Of a stretch of DNA of 64,000 nt, positions 44,810 through 54,533 are shown piece after piece. Source of the stretch: an uncultured Candidatus Saccharibacteria bacterium. GTDB taxonomy: Bacteria > Patescibacteriota > Minisyncoccia > Phycocordibacterales > DATDWN01. The stretch is from positions 19,648 to 83,647 of the forward strand of contig CAZKCA010000002.1 in NCBI GenBank assembly GCA_964551495.1. The letters are read 5' to 3'. The stretch's first letter is position 1. Each line of letters starts with the position of its first letter. The notes under the pieces were generated by a model. The model was given only the letters and a program-made list of their open reading frames with translations. It made no database searches and was not told the DNA's origin. Position numbers and translations under genes: made by a program.

Positions 44810-45208
44810 CTATCTCTTACTCCACTGTGGAGCCTTTCTTGCCTTCTTTAGACCGAATTTTCTTCTCTCTTTCATTCTTCCATCTCTCTTTAGAAAACCT
44901 TCTCCTTTTAGAGTTTTTCTAAAATCTGCATTAAATTTAACGATGGCTCTTGCTATACCGTGTCTTAGTGCCTCTGATTGTGAGTGAATACCCCCACCTA
45001 CTATTTTGGCTGTTATTTTAAATCTTTCATCTACTTTTGTAAGAGGCATTTTAGAGATAAGTTCCATCTCACTTGTAGGAAAATAGTCTTTTATATCTTT
45101 ATCATTTACTGAAATGGTTGTTTTTGAAGAAGGAGAAATTCTAACTCTGGCAACAGATGTCTTTCTTCTTCCAACGGCTCCTGTATATTTTGTATTTTTA
45201 TCTTCCAT
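44810..45208 (-). CDS. rpsI: 30S ribosomal protein S9
   Basis: GGGIHSQSEALRHGIARA...RDGRMKERRKFGLKKARKAPQWSKR. Confidence 0.95.
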   Translation of the reverse strand: MEDKNTKYTGAVGRRKTSVARVRISPSSKTTISVNDKDIKDYFPTSEMELISKMPLTKVDERFKITAKIVGGGIHSQSEALRHGIARAIVKFNADFRKTLKGEGFLKRDGRMKERRKFGLKKARKAPQWSKR

Positions 45209-45213
45209 AATAT

Positions 45214-45558
45214 TTATTCTGAAATCTTAAGGTTAAGGATCATTTTTGATCTTAGTTTGTTTTTAGGAAGCATCCCCCAAACAGCATTTTTAAAAATTTC
45301 ACTATATCCTTTCTTTTCTACAACCTGCTTCATTGTTGGTTGTTTCAACCCTCCTGGATATCCTGAGTATCTACTATATTTTTTTTGATCCATTTTCTTT
45401 TCGTCTATCAAAGCTTTTGAAGTGTTTTTTATTTCAACTGTGACATTAGGAATAGCATTCCTTTTAAAATCAGGATTATTTTTACCCATTAGATAAACCG
45501 CTGCTTGTGTAGCGATTCTTCCAACTCTTTTGTTTTCTGCATCTAATACGTATTTCAT
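45214..45558 (-). CDS. rplM: 50S ribosomal protein L13 (short, 114 aa)
   Basis: GRIATQAAVYLMGKNNPDF...YSRYSGYPGGLK...AVWGMLPKN. Confidence 0.9.
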   Translation of the reverse strand: MKYVLDAENKRVGRIATQAAVYLMGKNNPDFKRNAIPNVTVEIKNTSKALIDEKKMDQKKYSRYSGYPGGLKQPTMKQVVEKKGYSEIFKNAVWGMLPKNKLRSKMILNLKISE

Positions 45559-45563
45559 ATCTT

Positions 45564-45911
45564 TTATACAAATTCTATTACTGCCATTTTACTTCCATCT
45601 GAAAGTCTCTGAGGAAGTTTAGTGATTCTAGTATAACCACCAACCCTTTCTGCATATTTAGGAGATATTTCTTTTATTATCTTTTTTGCACCTGCAGGAC
45701 CAATTTTGGCTGCCAAAAGTCTCATTGAAGTTAGATTATTTTTTCTTCCTTGAGTAACCATTTTTTCTACATAAGGTCTTAGTTCACGAGCCTTTGCATC
45801 TGTTGTCTTTATTTTGTTGTTTGTAACCAACGCCAAAGCTAAAGACTTTAGAAGTGCATTTCTAACTTTTCTTACTCTACCAAATTTTCTGTTTGCATTG
45901 TGGTGCCTCAT
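45564..45911 (-). CDS. rplQ: 50S ribosomal protein L17
   Basis: MRHHNANRKFGRVRKVRNALLKSLALAL...GGYTRI. Confidence 0.95.
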   Translation of the reverse strand: MRHHNANRKFGRVRKVRNALLKSLALALVTNNKIKTTDAKARELRPYVEKMVTQGRKNNLTSMRLLAAKIGPAGAKKIIKEISPKYAERVGGYTRITKLPQRLSDGSKMAVIEFV

Positions 45912-45920
45912 CTCTCTTTT

Positions 45921-46880
45921 TTATTTCAGTGTTATATTGAAAGCTTCTAGAACTGACTTGATTTCTGTAAGTCCTTTTGCTCCAAGACCTTCTATTTCTA
46001 GAATGTCTTTTTCTCTTTTTCTAGCCAATCCTCCTATTGTTCTTATATTGGCGTTAGAAAGAGCATTCAATGTTCTTGAAGAAAGATCTAGACTCTCAAT
46101 TCTTGTCTTCAAAACATCGTCGTCTACACTATCATTTTTTTCAGAAAAGTCCAAATCTTTTGATTCACTTGATGAAAGAATAACATCCTCCTCCTTAAAA
46201 CCTACAATCGCTTTAAGTTGATTTATCATTATTTCTATAGATCTTTCCAAAGCCTCTCTAGGAGTGATTGTTCCATCAGTTTCTATGAAAATTTTCAACC
46301 TATTGAAATCTGTTCTATCACCAACACGCATATTTTCAACTTCATAACTAACTCTTCTAACAGGAGTAAATATAGCATCCAAAGCTATACTTCCTATATC
46401 AACTCTGTTTTTTTGCAAAACATCCTTTGGAACAAAACCAAGTCCTGTTTCAGCTGTAATTTCCATATCTAATTCAGCATTTTTATCTGTAAGATTTGCG
46501 ATAACCAATTCAGGATTAAGTATTTCAACCCCTCCAGGTACTTTTATGTCTCCAGCTGTTACCTCTTTTACTCCTTTAACTTTTAGAGTTAATTTTTGAG
46601 ACTCATCTCCAACAAGTCTTATTCTTACTTTCTTCAAATTTAGAAGAATAGTTATGGCGTCTTCTTTAACACCAGATATTGTAGAAAACTCATGCTCTAC
46701 TCCTGAAATTTTAACAGAAGTTATAGCAGAACCCGGCAACGAAGAAAGAATTATTCTTCTAAGAGAATTACCTAAAGTGTTTCCGTAGCCAGGATAAAGA
46801 CCATCTATTTCATAGTGGCCACTGAAATTATCTTCTGATATTATTTGTGGTTTTGATGGTAATACTATTGAGTCAGACAT
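45921..46880 (-). CDS. rpoA: DNA-directed RNA polymerase subunit alpha
   Basis: The N-terminal domain has PGYGNTLGNSLRRILLSSLPG-like sequence (LYPGYGNTLGNSLRRIILSSLPGSAIT). The C-terminal domain has LSSRTLNALSNANIRTIGGL. Confidence 0.95.
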   Translation of the reverse strand: MSDSIVLPSKPQIISEDNFSGHYEIDGLYPGYGNTLGNSLRRIILSSLPGSAITSVKISGVEHEFSTISGVKEDAITILLNLKKVRIRLVGDESQKLTLKVKGVKEVTAGDIKVPGGVEILNPELVIANLTDKNAELDMEITAETGLGFVPKDVLQKNRVDIGSIALDAIFTPVRRVSYEVENMRVGDRTDFNRLKIFIETDGTITPREALERSIEIMINQLKAIVGFKEEDVILSSSESKDLDFSEKNDSVDDDVLKTRIESLDLSSRTLNALSNANIRTIGGLARKREKDILEIEGLGAKGLTEIKSVLEAFNITLK

Positions 46881-46945
46881 AAATTTATTATTTTATTTAA
46901 ATTTAACTTGTAAATTATACACTATTTATCCAATAAAATCAATGA

Positions 46946-47548
46946 TTATCTACTATAAAACTCAATAACAGCATTTAAATCAAACATTACATCAGAACCA
47001 GCGAGCTGTGGACTACCTACTATCTCAGCAGTTTTCTTGTTTATATCAAATTTTATCCAAGAAGGAGTAGATACATTTTTTATAGTTTCATCTACTTTAG
47101 CAAAAAGAGGTTTGTTTATAGAAGCAGGTCTTATAGATATAACGTCTCCTGTTTTTATTTTTCTTGAAGGAATAGTTGTTCTTTTGTTGTTAACCATAAT
47201 ATGACCATGAGAAACCATTTGTCTAGCCCCTAGTCTTGTAGAAGAAAGACCTATCCTAGCAATAACATTATCTAATCTAGATTCAAGTATCCCAAAAAGA
47301 ATTTGTGCTGGATGATTACTTTTTTTAGACAAAGCCTCTTTAACATAGTTACGGAACTGTTTTTCTGAAACTGCATATGTAAATCTAGCTTTTTGTTTTT
47401 CATTAAGCTGAAGACCAAACTCAGATTTTGGCTTAGTCATTCTAACTTTTTTTCTTTCGCTTCTAAGCACGTACTTTTGTGTTTGAGTTTTCTCAAATAC
47501 AGGTGCTCCTAATCTTCTTGCTATTTTATATTTTGGACCTATTTTCAT
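46946..47548 (-). CDS. rpsD: 30S ribosomal protein S4
   Basis: The S4 domain reads RLDNVIARIGLSSTRLGARQMVSHGHIMVNNK. Confidence 0.95.
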   Translation of the reverse strand: MKIGPKYKIARRLGAPVFEKTQTQKYVLRSERKKVRMTKPKSEFGLQLNEKQKARFTYAVSEKQFRNYVKEALSKKSNHPAQILFGILESRLDNVIARIGLSSTRLGARQMVSHGHIMVNNKRTTIPSRKIKTGDVISIRPASINKPLFAKVDETIKNVSTPSWIKFDINKKTAEIVGSPQLAGSDVMFDLNAVIEFYSR

Positions 47549-47559
47549 AAATTATAAAA

Positions 47560-47994
47560 TTATACTCTTCTTGGTTTTTTAGGTTTTGGACCGTTATGAG
47601 GAACCGCTGTCATATCTTTTATAGAAGTTAGATTAACTCCTTTAGATATAAAACCTCTAATTCCTGATTCTCTCCCAGATCCTACTCCTTTTACAAAGAC
47701 AGCTACTTCCTTCATACCCATAGCAGAAGCCTTTGTTCCGATAATTTCCCCAACTTTGGCTGCAGCAAAAGGAGTTCCTTTTTTAGCACCTTTAAATCCT
47801 ATTGAACCAGATGAAGAAGTAGCTAAAACATTACCTTTATTGTCAGTTAAAACAATCTTAGTATTGTTATAAGTAGACTGAACAAAAAGAAGACCAGTAT
47901 CCGCCTTTCTTTTAGACACAGCAACAACTGAAGAAGGTTTTAATACCTCTCCTTCGCTTGTTCCTCCTGTAGTTACGATTCTTTTCTTTCCCAT
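47560..47994 (-). CDS. rpsK: 30S ribosomal protein S11
   Basis: NNTKIVLTDNKGNVLATSSSGSIGFKGAKKGTPFAA...DMTAVPHNGPKPKKPRRV. Confidence 0.95.
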   Translation of the reverse strand: MGKKRIVTTGGTSEGEVLKPSSVVAVSKRKADTGLLFVQSTYNNTKIVLTDNKGNVLATSSSGSIGFKGAKKGTPFAAAKVGEIIGTKASAMGMKEVAVFVKGVGSGRESGIRGFISKGVNLTSIKDMTAVPHNGPKPKKPRRV

Positions 47995-48002
47995 ATTATT
48001 TA

Positions 48003-48383
48003 TTATTTCTTATCAGCCGCCTTTCTTCCAGTTCCCATAGTCTTTCTAACATTACCTCTACGAGTACGAGAATTTGTTTTTGTTCTTTGTCCTCTAGAAG
48101 GCAAACCTCTTTGGTGCCTAGAACCTCTATATGAACTAATATCTTTTAATCTTTTTATATTACCAGCCACCTCTCTTTTCAAATCACCTTCAATCTTGTG
48201 ATTTTCAACAATTTTCCTAATAGCATTTTCTTCGTCTATAGTCAGGTCTTTTGATTTCTTATCAAAAGGAACTTTAGCTTCTTTTAGTATTTTTTGAGCC
48301 AAAGGACGACCTATACCATAAAGGATAGTTAGGCCAATTTCAATTCTTTTTTCTTCTGGTATTGTTATTCCTAGTATACGCAT
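48003..48383 (-). CDS. rpsM: 30S ribosomal protein S13
   Basis: MRILGITIPEEKRIEIGLTILYGIGRP. I chose the start at ATG 48383. The ORF-track extension to 48440 runs through rpmJ. Confidence 0.95.
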   Translation of the reverse strand: MRILGITIPEEKRIEIGLTILYGIGRPLAQKILKEAKVPFDKKSKDLTIDEENAIRKIVENHKIEGDLKREVAGNIKRLKDISSYRGSRHQRGLPSRGQRTKTNSRTRRGNVRKTMGTGRKAADKK

Positions 48384-48387
48384 AATT

Positions 48388-48504
48388 TTAACCTTGTCTC
48401 TGTTTGTGTCTTGCGTTAGCTTTACATACAACATAAACATAGCCCTTTCTTCGGACTACCTGACACTTTGGACAAATTTTTTTAACTGAAGATTTTACTT
48501 TCAT
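48388..48504 (-). CDS. rpmJ: 50S ribosomal protein L36
   Basis: Not in the ORF track (38 aa). My translation is [38 protein letters not shown]. Confidence 0.92.
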   Translation of the reverse strand: MKVKSSVKKICPKCQVVRRKGYVYVVCKANARHKQRQG

Positions 48505-48505
48505 T

Positions 48506-48727
48506 TTATACTCTTTTAACTATTCTACCCTTTCCTCCGTAAGGATCTATTTCCACTATAACCTTATCCCCAACAAGGACACGGATTCTATGCAAGCGCA
48601 TTTTACCTGAAAGATAGGTCAACATCTCTTCGCCATTATCATCACGCTTCACCTTGAAAAATGTGTTCGGCAAAGCCTCAGTAACAACCCCAGATATTGA
48701 AATATCTTTTTTATTCTGTTCTTGCAT
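48506..48727 (-). CDS. infA: translation initiation factor IF-1
   Basis: [60 protein letters not shown]. Confidence 0.95.
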   Translation of the reverse strand: MQEQNKKDISISGVVTEALPNTFFKVKRDDNGEEMLTYLSGKMRLHRIRVLVGDKVIVEIDPYGGKGRIVKRV

Positions 48728-48791
48728 TACAATTTAATCAATGGGTTACATACTAGCAGAATAGAGCCTAGTTAGTCAAGTCTTTATTTGG

Positions 48792-50198
48792 CTAAATCTC
48801 TAGGGTATTTACAAGTTTGACCTTTTCTTCATTTTTAGGTACAGACATAAACCAAAAAGGTTTGATCTCTATAGTGGCTTCTTTTATGGCTGGATACCTT
48901 GATATAGCCTCCTTTACATCATTTTTTGATAAACCTGTTATTTCCGATACTAGAGAATTCTGGTCAAAAAGCCAGACTAATTGAGGTTGTCCTTCTAATT
49001 TAAAGCTTAAATTGCCTGTATTTTGTATATCAGAGATATTTCCTGTAAATGAAAAGTTGAGCTCATCCAAGTTAGAAATTTTAATATTCTGATCAGCAAT
49101 ATTTGGAGAAGTTGCCTCAATAATTTCTCTTGTAAGAGTAACTCTATCAAAAATAAATGCTGTTGCTGTGGCTTTTTTATTAATTATAGCTTTATCTCCT
49201 GATCCGCCCACTTGAGTCGGCGAAGAAAAAGAATAATTTACACTGTTTTTATACATCACAAAATTAGCAGGTATTTGACCTTCTATTTCAGAAGAAAGTA
49301 GATTTTTTAGTTCTTCTTCTAATTCTTTACTTGCTGTTCCAAGATTCTCTTCAGATACAACCCTCCTCTCTCCAACAAAACCACCTGTCATATCAGTTTT
49401 TGAGCGAGCATATACTTGCTCATATTTAGCAGTACCTTTAAAGCCAGGAACAGTAAAATCTTTAAGTCCTATGTTATATCTGTCCCCAGTCTGGTCAGCT
49501 TCTACTTGAGTATCAATACTTCCGGGAACTGTTTTACCATCTTTTACTGTTCTGGCGGGAACTGTTATTGCATTTGGGATCCTATAAACTAGACCTTCTG
49601 GTGTTTCAAATCTTGTAGTAGCAATGAGTCTTTGCGATTCGGCTGTGTTATTAAAAACAGTTATTGTTCCTTTAGCCTTAACACTGACATTTTCTGAACC
49701 AGAAGCGGAAACCTCTTTAGAGACCTCTTTAGAAACACTTACTATTTGAAAACCCAAAGTTGTTCCTACAGCATCCTTTCGTGCTGTAAAAGATGAATCC
49801 AAAGCCACAACCTGACTATGAGGAGTTATTGTTATAACAGCTTGTTTAAATAATGCTGAAATAGCAAATCCTATAATTAGGATAGCAACAATAACAGCAA
49901 CATACAGTATTTTTTTGCTTGGTTTTTTTACTTCATCTTCATATTCATAATGATAGGTGTTTTCTTTTGTTTCTGATTGTTTAGAAGGCTTAACAGGTGT
50001 GTTTACATCAACATCTTTTTTTATTGAAACTGGCCTAGAAAACTCCTGCTCATCATAATCATCTTTTGTGCTAACCCTAGAAACATCATTTGATATAGAA
50101 GATCTTCTAGATCTATTTGGTAACTCTATGTTTCGTATAGATCTTTTTGATGGCAAAACATCTTGAACTAGATTTTTTTTATTTGATTCGTTTTTCAT
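48792..50198 (-). CDS. hypothetical single-pass membrane protein
   Basis: 468 aa with a basic cytoplasmic N-terminus, a TM (ILYVAVIVAILIIGFAISALF) and a large extracytoplasmic domain. No family was recognised. Confidence 0.55.
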   Translation of the reverse strand: MKNESNKKNLVQDVLPSKRSIRNIELPNRSRRSSISNDVSRVSTKDDYDEQEFSRPVSIKKDVDVNTPVKPSKQSETKENTYHYEYEDEVKKPSKKILYVAVIVAILIIGFAISALFKQAVITITPHSQVVALDSSFTARKDAVGTTLGFQIVSVSKEVSKEVSASGSENVSVKAKGTITVFNNTAESQRLIATTRFETPEGLVYRIPNAITVPARTVKDGKTVPGSIDTQVEADQTGDRYNIGLKDFTVPGFKGTAKYEQVYARSKTDMTGGFVGERRVVSEENLGTASKELEEELKNLLSSEIEGQIPANFVMYKNSVNYSFSSPTQVGGSGDKAIINKKATATAFIFDRVTLTREIIEATSPNIADQNIKISNLDELNFSFTGNISDIQNTGNLSFKLEGQPQLVWLFDQNSLVSEITGLSKNDVKEAISRYPAIKEATIEIKPFWFMSVPKNEEKVKLVNTLEI

Positions 50199-50244
50199 AT
50201 TTCTTATGAAATTTTAACTCATTATTTGCCAATTGAAAAGAAAA

Positions 50245-51465
50245 CTACCTGTGAATAGTGTACTTATGGAACAAAGACAGTATAGCAATAAATTCACTAT
50301 GTTTGGCATCTGATTTAAAACTGACTAATCTATTTAATAAATCCTTAGATAAACCTATCTTGTTTAAATTTTTTCTAAAACTTGCGGTACTATCACTTTT
50401 CGATAAATTAAAAAAATCCATATATATAGGAGCAACATCTTCTTCCGAAGTTATATATAGAGTTGTGGGCAAAAGCATTTCTGGTGATAATTTCATAAGT
50501 GAATCTTCTAAATATATGGCCCATTCTTTTTCTACATCAGAAAATATATCAACCATTCTTTCTGTCATATTGGTATCGGTTTTCTTTTTATTAAACATAT
50601 GCATAAAAGATTCTGCTATTTCAAAAGAAACACCAAAAACCTTGGCTATCTGTTTTATAATAAAATTTCTACCAATAGGAAAAGAAGATGTTGATACTAT
50701 TGTTCCATTTCTAACTAAAGCAAAACAAGTCATCTCTGAAGTTATATCCATTAAAATATAATTGATTGTTTTTGGATAAAGAAAACCTAAAACATTAAAT
50801 GAAACAAAAGGAAAAGTGTGTATATAAATATCATTATCGTCCAAATGTGTATGGGTTTTTATTATTTTTCTGACACTAGAAACCATCTGATCTAGAACGA
50901 GACTCATGTAAACACTTAATTCTAGATTTTTGGTTTTTTTGCCTATACTTTTTTCTACAAAATACCCGTTTACTTTTGTCCTAGTTATAGCTTTTTCTAC
51001 ATAAGAGTTATCTCCTTTATGGAAAAAATCATCAGATTCTGAAACTTCTTTTATAAAAACTTCTGATTCTTTTTCCAAAACACTTTTCAAAAAATTTTCA
51101 GTAATCAAAAATTCTTTTTCTTGGTTTATCTTTATTTCTTTTGTTTTAGATAAAAACCAAGGAGAAGAAAAAGAAACCAATACATTGTCTACTCTTTTGT
51201 TGTGTTTCTTTTTGTTAAAATACTGACTTGTAAAAGTTTTCTTGATTGACTCTACAACAACCCTGTTCAACATTTTTTCAAAATGGGAAATTATTGTTTC
51301 TATATCAGAATCTAAACCAATTGAAATAGGAAAAACAGTGTTGGTTAAAATATAAGGAGAGCTGTTACCTTTGTAAATAGCAGAAGCAACAGAAATGCTT
51401 CCATTACCTATATCTATAAGTAGGGATATTTCATCTTTTTTACTAAAAAGACTTTTAAGAAACAT
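50245..51465 (-). CDS. actin-like ATPase fold protein (FtsA/PilM-like), tentative
   Basis: The N-terminus LLIDIGNGSISVA resembles the phosphate-1 motif of FtsA/PilM/MreB-type ATPases. 406 aa. Confidence 0.45.
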   Translation of the reverse strand: MFLKSLFSKKDEISLLIDIGNGSISVASAIYKGNSSPYILTNTVFPISIGLDSDIETIISHFEKMLNRVVVESIKKTFTSQYFNKKKHNKRVDNVLVSFSSPWFLSKTKEIKINQEKEFLITENFLKSVLEKESEVFIKEVSESDDFFHKGDNSYVEKAITRTKVNGYFVEKSIGKKTKNLELSVYMSLVLDQMVSSVRKIIKTHTHLDDNDIYIHTFPFVSFNVLGFLYPKTINYILMDITSEMTCFALVRNGTIVSTSSFPIGRNFIIKQIAKVFGVSFEIAESFMHMFNKKKTDTNMTERMVDIFSDVEKEWAIYLEDSLMKLSPEMLLPTTLYITSEEDVAPIYMDFFNLSKSDSTASFRKNLNKIGLSKDLLNRLVSFKSDAKHSEFIAILSLFHKYTIHR

Positions 51466-51469
51466 GACT

Positions 51470-53314
51470 TTATTGTAACACAGCTTTAATTCTTCTTACT
51501 CCTGTGGAAATCCCCTCCTCTTTGGAAATTTTAAATTTTCCCAAAACGCCCGTATTTTCTACATGTGGACCACCACAAAATTCTTTTGAATAAGCAGTAT
51601 CTATAGAATCTCCTATGAAATAAACGCTGACTTCATCTCCATAAGTATCATTGAAAAAATGTAGTGCTCCAGTTTTTTCAGCATCTTCTTTTTTCATAAC
51701 AACTCTATTTACGGGCAGATTTTCTTTTATTTTCTGATTTACAATTTCCTCTACTTTTTGTTTTTGTTCATCTGTCATTTTTTCAGGATGAGAAAAATCA
51801 AAACGAAGTCTTTCGGCTGTTATGTTGCTTCCTTTTTGTGAGACATGGTCACCCAAAACATCCCTAAGAGCTTGGTGGAGCAAATGTGTAGCTGTGTGGT
51901 ATTTTGTTTCCATTTCTCCGTGTCCACCCAGTCCCCCTTTGAATTTTTGTTCTGCCCCAGCACGAGAAAGCTCTTGATGCTTTTTGAATAAATCGTTAAA
52001 TTCGTTTTCTGCAATCAATATATTTTTCTTGAGTGCAATTTCTTTAGTTAATTCAGGAGGAAAACCATAGGTTTGATAAAGATCAAAAACAACTTCTCCT
52101 GGCAAAAATTTATTTTTTTCTAAATGTTCAGCTAAATCATAATGCTCACCATTTAAACTGTTTTTATTCTCTACAATAAAATCTACTGCCTTATTAAACT
52201 GAAGCAAACCTTTATTAAGAGTTTTATCAAACTTTTCTGATTCTTTATTTATTACATCAACAATCTCTTCTCTTTTTTCTTTTATATTTTGATAAACATT
52301 CCCATACACAGAAACAATAGAATCTACAATTTTTTCTATTTCTATTTTTTCTAATTTCCTATCTTTTGTATTAAATACAGCTCTTCTTATAAGTCTTCGC
52401 AAGATATACCCTTGATCTGTGTTACTTGGCAAAACTCCATCTGAAATCATAAATACCGAAGCTCTCATGTGATCAGAAATAATTCTCTGAGATTTTAAAT
52501 TATCTGATATCTCTTTTGTAGTTTCCATTATCGGCTCAAACAAATCTGTATCGAAAATATTATCTCTACCTTGCATCACAGCAACAACTCTTTCAAAACC
52601 AGAACCAGTATCTACATTTTTATTTTCCAATTTTCCAATAACCTTTCCGTCTTTTTTGACATACTCCATAAAAACATCATTCCAGATCTCAACAACTCTT
52701 TGTTCATCATCTGCTTTTAGGTACTCTTCCAAAGTCATACCCTCTGTAAGTTTTCCTGTAAGATCATAAAACATTTCTGTATCTGGACCACAAGGACCAT
52801 TGTCTCCCGGAGACCACCAGTTTTTATCTGCTGGCCTAAAATAAATTCTTTCTCCTTCTATATTATTTTTTTCAAAAATTTCTTTCCAGATTTTGTAAGA
52901 CTCTTCATCTCTTGGAGCATTTTCATCCCCTTCAAAGCAAGTAACATAAAGCCTTCTAGGATCAAGCTCTAGACCTTCTTCTTTTGAAGTTAGAAACTCA
53001 AAACTCCATTCTATGGCCTCTTTTTTGAAATAATCCCCCAAAGACCAGTTTCCCATCATCTCAAAGAAAGTAGCGTGAGTATTGTCTCCTATTTCGTCTA
53101 TATCCCCCGTCCTAACACACTTTTGAATATTAGCCAGACGAGTTCCTTTTGGATGTTTTTCACCTAAAAGATATGGGGCTAGAGGTTGCATACCGGCAGT
53201 AGTAAAAAGGACAGAAGGATCATTTTCTGGTACAAGTGAATATGAAGGAATTATGGCATGTCCTCTATTTTCGAAAAATTTTAAAAACCGCTTTCGTATT
53301 TCTTCAGATTTCAT
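51470..53314 (-). CDS. alaS: alanine--tRNA ligase (short, 614 aa; lacks the long C-terminal extension)
   Basis: MKSEEIRKRFLKFFENRGH, the catalytic core, editing-domain motifs HTATHLLHQALR and CGGPHV. A TATAAT lies 6 nt upstream of the ATG. Confidence 0.95.
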   Translation of the reverse strand: MKSEEIRKRFLKFFENRGHAIIPSYSLVPENDPSVLFTTAGMQPLAPYLLGEKHPKGTRLANIQKCVRTGDIDEIGDNTHATFFEMMGNWSLGDYFKKEAIEWSFEFLTSKEEGLELDPRRLYVTCFEGDENAPRDEESYKIWKEIFEKNNIEGERIYFRPADKNWWSPGDNGPCGPDTEMFYDLTGKLTEGMTLEEYLKADDEQRVVEIWNDVFMEYVKKDGKVIGKLENKNVDTGSGFERVVAVMQGRDNIFDTDLFEPIMETTKEISDNLKSQRIISDHMRASVFMISDGVLPSNTDQGYILRRLIRRAVFNTKDRKLEKIEIEKIVDSIVSVYGNVYQNIKEKREEIVDVINKESEKFDKTLNKGLLQFNKAVDFIVENKNSLNGEHYDLAEHLEKNKFLPGEVVFDLYQTYGFPPELTKEIALKKNILIAENEFNDLFKKHQELSRAGAEQKFKGGLGGHGEMETKYHTATHLLHQALRDVLGDHVSQKGSNITAERLRFDFSHPEKMTDEQKQKVEEIVNQKIKENLPVNRVVMKKEDAEKTGALHFFNDTYGDEVSVYFIGDSIDTAYSKEFCGGPHVENTGVLGKFKISKEEGISTGVRRIKAVLQ

Positions 53315-53369
53315 ATATAGATTATATTTACATAAAATAAGCCTTTTTGGAAGATTATCGTGTACAAAA

Positions 53370-53491
53370 AAACAAACTCGTTGAGTTGATATGATTTTGG
53401 AGACTTCGCAGTCGGGTAGACGAGACCGAGCGATTTTTCAGCAGAAAAATACGCGTGCTCCAAAATTATATCAATGAAAAAGAGTTTGTTT
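53370..53491 (+). repeat. nested-hairpin palindromic element, family 1, copy D
   Basis: Outer stem AAACAAACTC/GAGTTTGTTT, loop GTTGAG, middle stem TTGATATGATTTTGGAG/CTCCAAAATTATATCAA (one G:T). The core is diverged, with the hairpin ATTTTTC-AGCA-GAAAAAT. Confidence 0.8.
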
Positions 53492-53498
53492 AAAAATT

Positions 53499-53921
53499 TT
53501 ATTTCAAAATAGTCAAAAAGGCTCCAGTTGCAATCATAGCAACTCCGACTATTTTATAAACAGTAAACCCTTCTGACAAAAATAGTCCAGCCAAAATTGC
53601 TACAAAAACAATACTTAACCTATCTATAGCAGAAACAGTTGTTGCATCCCCATTTTTTAGAGCAAAAAAATAGAAAAGCCAAGATAAAGCTCCTGCAACT
53701 CCAGAAAAAACAATAAACAAAAACTCTCTTGACCCAAAAAAGTCTGTAGAAAAACCATTAAATTTTTTAAGTGAAAAAGAAACCAATATTAGAAACAAAG
53801 CCATTACAACAGAACGAATTGTTGTCGCCAAAGTTGAATCAATATCTTTTAATCCTATTTTTCCAAAAATAGCAACAAGAGAAGCAAAAACAGCTGATAA
53901 AATTGCAAATAATATCCACAT
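53499..53921 (-). CDS. EamA-like (DMT superfamily) small membrane transporter
   Basis: 140 aa with 4-5 TM helices. The N-terminus MWILFAILSAVFASLVAIFGKIGLK is typical of single EamA-domain proteins. Confidence 0.7.
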   Translation of the reverse strand: MWILFAILSAVFASLVAIFGKIGLKDIDSTLATTIRSVVMALFLILVSFSLKKFNGFSTDFFGSREFLFIVFSGVAGALSWLFYFFALKNGDATTVSAIDRLSIVFVAILAGLFLSEGFTVYKIVGVAMIATGAFLTILK

Positions 53922-53926
53922 AAGTT

Positions 53927-54532
53927 TTAAATATATTTTTTAAGTATTTGAAAATCTTTTAATAAACTTTCTTTGTTCTTACCATTATACAGTGCTACAG
54001 CTGGATGATACAAAGGAACAATAGAAACTTTTCCATAACCCCACTGACCTACGAACTCTTTTCCATGAGCTTCTGTTATTGAATATTTCTCTTTTATTCC
54101 AAACTTTTCTATTATATAAACCATAGAAAATCTACCTAGAGTAGCTATTACTTTTGGTTGTATTATGTCTATCTGTCTATCTAAAAAAGAGGAATAGAGT
54201 CTTATTTCTTGGGGGGACGGATCTCTATTTTCTGGGGGTCTGTCTTTAACAACATTTGTTATATAAACATCTTCCCTTTTCAAATTTATAGAAGATAGCA
54301 TTTCATCTAAAAATTTTCCTGACCTTCCACAAAAAGGTCTTGCTGTTTCAGCTTCATTTTTTCCCGGAGCCTCGCCTATAAACATTACACTTGCAAAATG
54401 ACTTCCTTCTCCTACTACAGGAAAATATTTATTTTTTATCCTATATTCATACAAAGGAGATTCTTTAAAAGAAAGAAGTTCATCTCTAATTTCTTTCATC
54501 TTTTCAAATCTTTCTTCCTTTGAAAGTGACAT
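53927..54532 (-). CDS. uracil-DNA glycosylase, family 4
   Basis: GEAPGKNEAETARPFCGRSGKFL (motif A) and HPAVALYN (motif B-like). Confidence 0.85.
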   Translation of the reverse strand: MSLSKEERFEKMKEIRDELLSFKESPLYEYRIKNKYFPVVGEGSHFASVMFIGEAPGKNEAETARPFCGRSGKFLDEMLSSINLKREDVYITNVVKDRPPENRDPSPQEIRLYSSFLDRQIDIIQPKVIATLGRFSMVYIIEKFGIKEKYSITEAHGKEFVGQWGYGKVSIVPLYHPAVALYNGKNKESLLKDFQILKKYI

Positions 54533-54533
54533 T

